From a virus: a DNA stretch of 64,000 bases. Where the stretch lies: positions 32,001 to 96,000 of the IMG/VR virus record IMGVR_UViG_3300026257_000002. One strand, given 5' to 3'. Each line of letters opens with the position of its first letter. Position 1 is the first letter of the stretch. A program made the translations under genes and the position numbers. Below, piece by piece: positions 55,686-64,000 of the stretch. The notes under the pieces were generated by a model. That model worked only from the letters and a program-made list of their open reading frames with translations. It was not told where the DNA came from and did not search any database.

Positions 55686-57692
55686 TTAGCTTACCCCCGT
55701 ACCAGAAATATATGCTACAGCATTAGTAATATACAATATCGTTGCTATTCCATATCCCGCTAATGTCTTATCTCCAGTAGATCCATTAGTAAATTTAAGT
55801 GTTATTCCAGTACCTTCAGTAAGTGTACAACTAGAACTGTGATCATTTACCACTGTAATCATAGATCCAGCAGATAATCCAGCTGCTCCTCCTTCAAATG
55901 TTACCGAACCACCGCCAACAGTGACAATTGCTTCTCCAGAACTATAGTTAGTAGTATTAACTATTTCAGCACCAGTTGTGTTATTGATTTTGACTGTTCT
56001 AATATCTACACTTAACTTGTCACTAATAGTTCCGTCAATACCGATTGATGCTTTTGTAACAGTATTGAATGAAAAATCAATAGGGTGATCGCTGCTACTG
56101 TGGATTTCTAAACTAGAAGTTTTTGCGGTAAGAACAAGGAGACCATTAGTATTTGTCTTATCACCAATACTTAAAGTAGTATCGCCACTAGGGTTATCAA
56201 TTTCTATACTACCAGTATCAGCATATAATTTTAGTGGAGAAGCAGTAAAAGCAGCACTTGAATCTAATTCAATGTGTCCTGCACTCTGAATATTTGTTTG
56301 GATGATACCGTTGCTATCAAGTTGAAAAGCACCACCAGCAATTGTCAAACCAATATTAGTTTCCCAACATCCACTAGCATTATCATAAGTAATAAGCTTA
56401 TCAGTAGTTCCTTTCAGTGTAATACCACCACCATCAGCCAAAAGATCAGTAGGTGATCCACTAGTGCCAAGTTCAATATTTTTATCTTCTACTGTTAAAG
56501 TAGTTGTATCAATGGTAGTAGTAGATCCAGAAATATCAAGGTTACCTACAACATAAAGATCCTTATAAACAATAACTCTTTCAGATGCATCAGTCGTCTG
56601 AAGTTGAATGTAAGTATTAGTACCCTCTTTAATAGCAAGAGCATTTGTTGCATTATCTGTAATAGTAACTTCTGTTTCTGAATCTTCAAGATTTACATTC
56701 TCATTAACTTTTAATGAATTATTAATTACTGTTTCACCATTTCCATTAGCAGCACCAATTCTTATATCATCATTAGCAATTAGTAAATCAAAAGTATTTT
56801 GTGATGAAAGAATTTCACCACCATTAACGTTTAAGTCACCATCTAGAACTGTATCATCAGATCTAATATTAAAGTTACTGTTTATTCCAGTGTTTCCAAA
56901 CGTACTAAGACCAGTAACCACAGTAGAGGCAGCACCAAAAGCATTGACTGTTGCTGCTATCGTATTAAAAACATTGATAGAAGTTCTCGATGTTGTAATA
57001 TTATTATTTCTGATAGCAAGAGTGCCAACAACATCAGCACCTATTGTAATATCAGTTGCGTCCATAAGGACTTGGGCAGTATCAATATAATTATTGAAAA
57101 TAGTTGCTGTTGTTGCAGTACTAGCATCAACCTTAATAATACCTGAATTTACTGCAAGTTCTCCAGTAAGTGTAGTGTCCAAATCTACTTCTAGTGTATC
57201 AATAGAAGCAATTCCATCAATCCATAAGTTATTCCATTGCTTAGCGAGAGTACCTAAATTATAGTTAGCAGTTGAATCAGGAACAATACTTGATTGAACA
57301 TCTGCATTGAGTATAATATTATCAGTATCAAGATCACCAAATGTTAATGTGCCACCAGTTCCAGAACCTGCTCTAAATGTAATATCTCCATCTACTTCTA
57401 AGTTACCAGTAACAGCAAGACTGGTAGTTAACCCTAATTTATTAGCATCTACTTTATAAAATCCTTGACCTGTATCCCAGAATAAACTTGGTGATGCTAA
57501 TGTGCCATCATCCATCCCAATAGTTTGATTTGATAAATCAACATCACCATTAATGATCTCATTGATTGCAGTGACTACAACATTTGTCGGAGTTAGTAAT
57601 AAACTTGCATCTCCCACATCAGTGCCGATGAGATTAAGCATCTGGCGCTGTTGCTCGAATGTAAAACTAACTAATACTTCTCTAATTGCCAT
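55686..57692 (-). CDS. Tail fibre-like protein
   Basis: N-terminal TFEQQRQMLN motif, beta-helix-like repeats, TTLTVEDKNIELG...GGGITLKG block. Confidence 0.75.
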   Translation of the reverse strand: MAIREVLVSFTFEQQRQMLNLIGTDVGDASLLLTPTNVVVTAINEIINGDVDLSNQTIGMDDGTLASPSLFWDTGQGFYKVDANKLGLTTSLAVTGNLEVDGDITFRAGSGTGGTLTFGDLDTDNIILNADVQSSIVPDSTANYNLGTLAKQWNNLWIDGIASIDTLEVDLDTTLTGELAVNSGIIKVDASTATTATIFNNYIDTAQVLMDATDITIGADVVGTLAIRNNNITTSRTSINVFNTIAATVNAFGAASTVVTGLSTFGNTGINSNFNIRSDDTVLDGDLNVNGGEILSSQNTFDLLIANDDIRIGAANGNGETVINNSLKVNENVNLEDSETEVTITDNATNALAIKEGTNTYIQLQTTDASERVIVYKDLYVVGNLDISGSTTTIDTTTLTVEDKNIELGTSGSPTDLLADGGGITLKGTTDKLITYDNASGCWETNIGLTIAGGAFQLDSNGIIQTNIQSAGHIELDSSAAFTASPLKLYADTGSIEIDNPSGDTTLSIGDKTNTNGLLVLTAKTSSLEIHSSSDHPIDFSFNTVTKASIGIDGTISDKLSVDIRTVKINNTTGAEIVNTTNYSSGEAIVTVGGGSVTFEGGAAGLSAGSMITVVNDHSSSCTLTEGTGITLKFTNGSTGDKTLAGYGIATILYITNAVAYISGTGVS

Positions 57693-57885
57693 TTGTAAGT
57701 TTCTTTAGTAACTGCTTGATTTCATCAAGTTCTTGCTTCAAAGTATTTATCTCGTTTCTAATACCAGTTCTATTTTGTTTGAATTTCATATATTTTTCAT
57801 ATTCAGAACGATTTGAATTAATCACAGCACCACTTTGCACATCACGATATAAATTGCTGTGACCTTCTACTTTAACCTTATTCAT
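57682..57885 (-). CDS. Small conserved T4-like protein
   Basis: KVEGHSNLYRD...SGAVIN; coiled-coil C-terminus. Confidence 0.8.
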   Translation of the reverse strand: MNKVKVEGHSNLYRDVQSGAVINSNRSEYEKYMKFKQNRTGIRNEINTLKQELDEIKQLLKKLTNGN

Positions 57886-60800
57886 TATGAGTGAGCAATA
57901 GCACGAATATCTTCAATTCTTGGGGCAAGTGCTGGATCATTTCCAACAAAGACAATTTTAATTGCAAATGATGAGAATGGTTTCAGATCATCAATGGTAT
58001 ATACATATTCTAAATATGAATCCAGATCTTCTACTGATGGAGATAAAGATTTAAGATTATTTGGAATTAAAATATCAGTATTGTCTGAATATCCAGTGCC
58101 ATTGAAAGCTTCCCATGAAATATTTCTAAAATCATCAGAACTACCATCAGGTCTTACTTTATAGAAAACTTTGATATTTTTATTATCAAACATATTTGCA
58201 GTAATCTTACAATCAAGAGATGTGGCAGGAGATTCTAAAGTTACTTCTTTAGTGAGATACTTAGAAGATGTAGAACTATTGAATGAATCTTCACCTACAA
58301 ACAAGAAACCATTAGATGCAGTTACTCCAGTAATAGATCTACTTGTCACAGGAGTCGTTCCTGTGTTGCTGTCATCAATGATATCATTGACTGCAAAAAG
58401 TTCATCAGTAGTAACTTTAACTTTCAGTGATCCAGTTCCAGAATCCCATCCAATAACAATACCAGATTTAACTGAAACAGTATCTAGTGTTGCTTCCACA
58501 CCTCCTTGCTGAATAATGTTACCTGCGACAAAAGGTCCATTTGTAACATTAATTAATTTTAATGTTTTATTATTTAAATCAACTGAGACAACTTGACCAG
58601 CAGCACCACCAGATTGAATTAAATTTGTATTACTATCAACAGTATTAATGAAATTACCGCCACTAGAATTAGAATAAACCAAGACTGCAGTGGAAACTAC
58701 ATCAGGATTAACAGTGGTTACTGTATAGTCAGAATTTGTATCTACACTTAGAGTTTGAGATACAGTACCAAATCTATCTTCATTACCAGTTGGATTATCC
58801 ATTCTAGAAGAAACTGTGATCAAATTACATCTATTAGCATCAAGCACTGGTGAAATATTATCTTTTGTTGTTTGAAGTGAAATAGTCTGAGTAATAGATC
58901 TTTCTCCATTCATCAAAGATGCTTGAGCTCTGTATACTTCATTAACTGGTGAAGCGATTATTCTACTTTCTTCAAAGTAATAATTGTCATTAGAACTAAT
59001 AAAGTAGGTAGGAGAAATCTTATATTCATTAGTTGTATTTGAATCAACTGCTTTGCCATAAACAGTTTTGATATTTTGAGAAACTGTAGATGATGGGAAG
59101 GTCAGAAGAGCAACTTGAGGAGAAACAATTTGATATAATTTATTAGTAGTTGCTGTGATTGCAGTTCCACCTCCAGAACCACTTCCACTCACAGAAACAT
59201 TAGCAGCAGTCCAAAGATCACTGTCAATAAAAATGCAGTATTCATCAATACCAACATTACTCACAGAATGTAACCCGTTTATTAATGTTACAGGAACTCC
59301 GTAAATACCATTTACCGCCCCAGCACCAACAACATTACCAAGTATGACAAGATCACCTTCATTCATACCATGATTAGGATGATTAACGCGAAGAATTTTT
59401 TGGTTGGAACCAAATAGTGCTGAAGTTCCTAAAGTTTCATCAACAGAAATAGCATTGTCTGGAAGATTTACTACATCCAAATCATCATTGATTAATTCGA
59501 TATTTGCTGTTCCTGTAGTATCAAATACACATCTGTTAGTAGAAAATTTAAGATCTTGTAAGGTATCTTCAATCCATGCAGAAGAATTTTGTGACTTATA
59601 CAAAGACCCTACATCCGGTTGTGTAGATGCAGCAACTGTGCTATTCAGAAGTGAATCACCTACTATTGAACTATACAAAGTATAATCTTTAGATGATGTA
59701 GTTACTACTACAGCATATGTTGCATCATTTTGTAAATAAACAGGTGACTTAAAATTAAACTTAGTTTTATTAGAAGCATCAGATGAAGTTGAAATACCCA
59801 TCCTAACTGCTGGATTTGTTACTTTAAATACCGCTGTAGCAGATGCTAAACTATCACCACCAGAAATACTTACTGTGGGCGCAGTATAATAACCAGATCC
59901 TTTGTTGGTTAGATTAACTTCATACACTTTACCATTATAAATTTTAGCTGATGCACTAGCAGAAGAACCAAATGATCCACCGATATCACCAGTAATATTG
60001 ACTACTGTAGTTTCATCATTGTATTGAGAACCAAAACTAGTAACTTTAATTTTATCAACTATACCCGAATCATTATCTACATTAAATGTAGTGATAGTAA
60101 TCGCAGGAGATCTATTAACGACAAATTCTTCACCTGCAATAAATTCAGTTCCATTATGGTTTGAAAGAATTAAGTTATATCTAGCGTTTGTTGTTGTAGT
60201 AGTTAAATTAGTCTTAATGGTTCCCACAGCACCGGAAGTTTTTCCAGTGATTGTTTCACCAGCAAAAAGTGTAATACCAGAAGGTACATCAACACTCATT
60301 TTAATTCTGAGTCGGGTGTCTGAACTTAAAGAACACTCACTAAATGGTAAAACTGTTCTTGTAGGAACACCACCATTAGTTTCTGTTAAATATACACTTA
60401 CCGGTCTATTAGTATCTTCTCCAGTTGGAGTTGCTTTATTTGCAAAGTAAAGATCGATACTAGAAAGGAATAATCCTTCTTCAAAACCAGAAACTCGGAA
60501 TGTTTGGGCGAGAGGATCTAATAATCCAGACTGATTGATATTAACTAATGAACTACCAACATACTGAACTGTATCAGAATTTGAAGTTGACCTTCTGCTG
60601 ATATAAGGTACTCTGGTTGACTGAATAGAGGTTGTGAATGTTTCTGGCAATCCAGTTACGTTATATGATGTTTCTGCAAAAGTAGCAACATCTGAGTTAG
60701 AACCACTATTCGTAGCACTTGAAGTTAATCTAAATGATTTGCTACCAACAACAAATGATTTCTTGGAACTTGTTTCATCGTAGAATGATCCAGGAGAAAT

Positions 60801-63800
60801 TTGTAAATCAATTGTCTTCTTACCTTTAATTGGAGAGTATCCATTAGGAATTAAGAAAATACCACTGATACTTCCATTATCATCGGTAATAATATCTTCA
60901 CCAAAACCTTTTTCGGCATATCCAGCAACACTAGTAAATGGTGTTGTGATATTAGTAACATCATCTGGATTTGTCCATGAAGAAACGGCGATGCCATCAA
61001 AGAAAGCATATAACTTAGTATTCGGTTCGAGACCATTAACAACAAATTTAACTTGCTTAGATCTAATATAAGGATTATATGGAGTTGATAAAGTTCTTTG
61101 ACCTCGATCTGCTGCAGCAGATCCATAAGGTGAAACTCTATTTAATGTACCATTTCTAGATCTTGTTCTAGTTTTACTAGCGATAACAATATCAGGTACT
61201 GAAGCAAATTGATTAGAAGATCCAATGAAGTTAGTGGAGTTACTTAGAGTATATGTTGGCGTTCCAATCCATGAGATCTGCCATTCATTCCAAAGACTTC
61301 CCCACATTTCAGGATTATTATTTTTGATATTATCAAAAACAGAGTTTTCATTTACAATTAATTCAGGCGCTGTATCAGTATCTTTCCACTCATCAATATT
61401 AGGTTCTAATGTCATCAAACCAGCAAACTTTGCTGATTTATCTGGGTTAACTGCGATAGTTTTAGTAGCAGCTAAATTTTCTACCGTTTTCATCTCAGTA
61501 TAAGGTAGCATAATAAGCTCACCTTTTCTTATATATCCACTAGTAGCTCTTTGAGCATCATTTAAATCTTTTTCAATAAGACTTGTTTGAGAGGCAGCAT
61601 AACTAGGTCTCAAAATTCCTAATTGAGTATCAACAGCACATCTGTAATCAGATGATCCTGTATTACCAACTCCATGACCCTCAAAATTATCTACAAGAAT
61701 ACCATTCTTGAATCTGTCATTACCAAACTCATCTTTAACTTGAGTATTGAATGTATCTTGCTCCAGAAGACTTAATACTGTATAGTATTCAAGTTTCTCA
61801 ACTCTTTTTTCTAACTTACCAATGTCTCTCATCGTATAACGACGATTATCAAAACTCTTGGAAGTAATATCAGAAATACTATAGGTATAAGCAGGAATAT
61901 TTAAGTGGTATAAAAGAATGCCATCAGAAATTTCTTGAGGTATTTGTGGGTTTAGTGAAGGTGTTCCTTTTGAAACAACAAAACCACCTGTCTTAGCAAT
62001 ATAAACGGAATCAATTCTATTCAGATAGAATTGATATCCAGCATCAAAAGACGTTCCTGCAATAGGAAGTGTGGATGCAGAAGATCCTGTTCCAGTAAAT
62101 TTAAGAGCATTTACAGTTACTTTATCACTATATCCTGGAATTACTGTAGCTGTGTCAAGACCATCATAGTCAGAAACTCTTGGTCTAAAGTCAACTGTAT
62201 CTCTAAGTGAAATTCTTCCATAAACACTTGAGTCATAGTATGGAATATCTTTATAAGTAATATTGGTATATGAGTCTACTGTAAAATAATCACCGGTATT
62301 AACACCACCAATATGTTTGAAGTAATCGAATACCACAAGAAGTCTGCTGGTAGGTGCAATTGCTCCTGGTTTTAGTGTAATACGAGCAAGATCATAATGT
62401 GTATCTCTTTGACCACCATCAAAATTAAAGCGATCAGTGACTTGAACATCGTTATTAGTGGCAGGTGAATCAGTAGCAGACATATAAACTGCTTTTAATT
62501 TCAGTCCATCAGCATACTGAATGGGAATCGAAGGATCTGAAAATCCACTAGATACATGATATTCTTGATTTTCTACAAGAATTTTAGTCTTAGGAGAAGT
62601 ATCTACCTTTCTTACAGGAGCAATTAACTTAAATGGAATGTTAGCAAACGTAACACCAAGATCAATTGTAATACTTTGAGCACTATTGCCCAAATCTACT
62701 TTACCAGAGAGGTCAAGTAATTCACCAGTATTTGGATTTGTCATCACATAATTTTCTGATGTATATCCAAGGAACTGCTCGTTCGTTCCTACGCTAATAT
62801 TAATAGCACCACTAGCATCGAGATTTCCTAAGAATTCTTGCTGCACTGTATAGTTGATATTGGTATTATTAGCATCCAATACCATTGTTTTTACATGCTT
62901 ATTTGGTAGTGGATATATTAGAGTATTAGTCTCAGCACCAGAAAGTTTTGAACGAATTCTAGAAATTTTCTTAGTAGAGAATGATGATAGAATAGCACCA
63001 TAGATATAAATTTTAGCAGAATCTCCACTACCATCAGGTACTGCATATTTTACTGAGTATTTTCTAGTAACACCAGGATTATCAACAACAGCAATAACAT
63101 CTCCTGTCACTAGATCTACATCTGGTCTAGATCCAAGATTATCTGCCTTAATGAAATAGTCTCCTTCGGTAGCACTAAATGTAGCTCCATTATCGATATA
63201 ATATGAAAGATCATTGCTGTAAATATCACCAGCAAAAGGATTTCCTGTTGTAGCATTAAAGAAACTCTTAACGAAAGATGAATCATAATTTACGATGGTG
63301 TTAGCATTCAGGTTTGCTGCGACAAAACATCCACTCCCAGTAGGGTCAACAATTTCTATAGTAGGAGGAGTAACAAATGTTCCTAATGCTAACCTTGCAG
63401 CAGGTGTAATTGTGATAGATCTAATTTCATTATTTAAAATAACGATATTTGCAGCACCAATGTCAGTAAGTCTATTTACACCATTAATGTTGATTGCAGT
63501 GATATTTGTATTTAAGTTATATGCAGAACCAAAAGATATCATCTTAAGTGATGCTAAAGAACCTTTTGGTTCTACGAAATTATATGGGGTTGAGGTTTCA
63601 TCTTGTTCAGAAAGTAAAGTCTCTCCGTCAATAAAAGTGCCGGAAACTCTAGATAAAATTACTTCATTTGTATCATCAATTAACTGCTCTACAATTCCTC
63701 TAGCACCACTTGTCTGACCAGTAATGAATTTACCTAATGAGAAATTTAGTGGATTTCTGCATAAAATTTTAGTAAAGTATTCTGCATTGAATAAACCAAG

Positions 63801-64000
63801 TTTATAAAGTGATGATTTATCATAAACTCCTCCTGTAGAAGTTCCAGTGAGAAACTTAACTGATTTAGTTTTACAAATACCAATAACTGGTGTTGTAATT
63901 CTTTCTGTTGTTTTTAATGTTCCTGAAACAGCTCCCATGGTGATACTTTCACCAATACCCCAGTCACCCGAAGTTGCTTTCGTTACAATAGCAACTGCTT
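57885..64000 (-). CDS. Large baseplate-region virion protein (DUF4815/VrlC-like), 5' end outside the window
   Basis: RRYTMRDIGKLEKRVEKLEYYTVLSLLE, RFKNGILVDNF, DPLAQTF; the frame stays open from 63938 to the window end (AVAIVTKATSGDWGIGESIT). Confidence 0.85.
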   Translation of the reverse strand, partial: AVAIVTKATSGDWGIGESITMGAVSGTLKTTERITTPVIGICKTKSVKFLTGTSTGGVYDKSSLYKLGLFNAEYFTKILCRNPLNFSLGKFITGQTSGARGIVEQLIDDTNEVILSRVSGTFIDGETLLSEQDETSTPYNFVEPKGSLASLKMISFGSAYNLNTNITAININGVNRLTDIGAANIVILNNEIRSITITPAARLALGTFVTPPTIEIVDPTGSGCFVAANLNANTIVNYDSSFVKSFFNATTGNPFAGDIYSNDLSYYIDNGATFSATEGDYFIKADNLGSRPDVDLVTGDVIAVVDNPGVTRKYSVKYAVPDGSGDSAKIYIYGAILSSFSTKKISRIRSKLSGAETNTLIYPLPNKHVKTMVLDANNTNINYTVQQEFLGNLDASGAINISVGTNEQFLGYTSENYVMTNPNTGELLDLSGKVDLGNSAQSITIDLGVTFANIPFKLIAPVRKVDTSPKTKILVENQEYHVSSGFSDPSIPIQYADGLKLKAVYMSATDSPATNNDVQVTDRFNFDGGQRDTHYDLARITLKPGAIAPTSRLLVVFDYFKHIGGVNTGDYFTVDSYTNITYKDIPYYDSSVYGRISLRDTVDFRPRVSDYDGLDTATVIPGYSDKVTVNALKFTGTGSSASTLPIAGTSFDAGYQFYLNRIDSVYIAKTGGFVVSKGTPSLNPQIPQEISDGILLYHLNIPAYTYSISDITSKSFDNRRYTMRDIGKLEKRVEKLEYYTVLSLLEQDTFNTQVKDEFGNDRFKNGILVDNFEGHGVGNTGSSDYRCAVDTQLGILRPSYAASQTSLIEKDLNDAQRATSGYIRKGELIMLPYTEMKTVENLAATKTIAVNPDKSAKFAGLMTLEPNIDEWKDTDTAPELIVNENSVFDNIKNNNPEMWGSLWNEWQISWIGTPTYTLSNSTNFIGSSNQFASVPDIVIASKTRTRSRNGTLNRVSPYGSAAADRGQRTLSTPYNPYIRSKQVKFVVNGLEPNTKLYAFFDGIAVSSWTNPDDVTNITTPFTSVAGYAEKGFGEDIITDDNGSISGIFLIPNGYSPIKGKKTIDLQISPGSFYDETSSKKSFVVGSKSFRLTSSATNSGSNSDVATFAETSYNVTGLPETFTTSIQSTRVPYISRRSTSNSDTVQYVGSSLVNINQSGLLDPLAQTFRVSGFEEGLFLSSIDLYFANKATPTGEDTNRPVSVYLTETNGGVPTRTVLPFSECSLSSDTRLRIKMSVDVPSGITLFAGETITGKTSGAVGTIKTNLTTTTTNARYNLILSNHNGTEFIAGEEFVVNRSPAITITTFNVDNDSGIVDKIKVTSFGSQYNDETTVVNITGDIGGSFGSSASASAKIYNGKVYEVNLTNKGSGYYTAPTVSISGGDSLASATAVFKVTNPAVRMGISTSSDASNKTKFNFKSPVYLQNDATYAVVVTTSSKDYTLYSSIVGDSLLNSTVAASTQPDVGSLYKSQNSSAWIEDTLQDLKFSTNRCVFDTTGTANIELINDDLDVVNLPDNAISVDETLGTSALFGSNQKILRVNHPNHGMNEGDLVILGNVVGAGAVNGIYGVPVTLINGLHSVSNVGIDEYCIFIDSDLWTAANVSVSGSGSGGGTAITATTNKLYQIVSPQVALLTFPSSTVSQNIKTVYGKAVDSNTTNEYKISPTYFISSNDNYYFEESRIIASPVNEVYRAQASLMNGERSITQTISLQTTKDNISPVLDANRCNLITVSSRMDNPTGNEDRFGTVSQTLSVDTNSDYTVTTVNPDVVSTAVLVYSNSSGGNFINTVDSNTNLIQSGGAAGQVVSVDLNNKTLKLINVTNGPFVAGNIIQQGGVEATLDTVSVKSGIVIGWDSGTGSLKVKVTTDELFAVNDIIDDSNTGTTPVTSRSITGVTASNGFLFVGEDSFNSSTSSKYLTKEVTLESPATSLDCKITANMFDNKNIKVFYKVRPDGSSDDFRNISWEAFNGTGYSDNTDILIPNNLKSLSPSVEDLDSYLEYVYTIDDLKPFSSFAIKIVFVGNDPALAPRIEDIRAIAHS

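Noticed and set aside
339-63717. Numerous 60-140 aa antisense or alternate-frame ORFs in the track (e.g. 3055-3405+, 21444-21749+, 63295-63717+)
   Set aside because: They lie wholly within well-supported genes, lack SD/promoter context and have shadow-ORF composition.
57885-64000. Virulence function suggested by the VrlC-like family name
   Set aside because: In T4-like phages this family is a baseplate-region structural protein; the name is historical.
1-64000. tRNA, rRNA or CRISPR arrays
   Set aside because: No intergenic space with cloverleaf or T-loop motifs, and no regularly spaced repeat-spacer array seen by eye; a tRNAscan/CRISPR finder run would confirm.

Overview
A 64 kb segment of a T4-like marine cyanomyovirus (Kyanoviridae-type; Synechococcus/Prochlorococcus host inferred from cpeT, hsp20, mazG and multiple 2OG-Fe(II) oxygenases). 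Almost all genes are on the minus strand. From the right end, in transcription order: baseplate/fibre/giant virion proteins (36.7-64 kb; the last gene runs off the window), an AT-rich accessory island with an inverted three-gene operon (33.4-36.7 kb), the neck-terminase-tail-head module g13-g14-g15-g16-g17-cpeT-g18-g19-g20-g21-g22-g23, then g3-uvsY-uvsW-g55-g47-g46-g45-g44-dam-g62-regA-hsp20-g43-uvsX-g41-mazG (cut by the left edge). No tRNA, rRNA, CRISPR array, intron, intein or reverse transcriptase was seen. The least explained signals are: (1) two ORF-less units flanking hsp20, each running from a late-promoter motif to a terminator (candidate small RNAs), next to regA; (2) five dispersed paralogous small proteins with an Sm/LSm-like sequence pattern; (3) late promoters embedded in intrinsic terminators; (4) the inverted island with an apparently active and an apparently inactive oxygenase paralog; (5) recent DNA-level duplications in the 2340-aa virion protein gene. 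All family assignments come from motif recognition by eye, not database searches.
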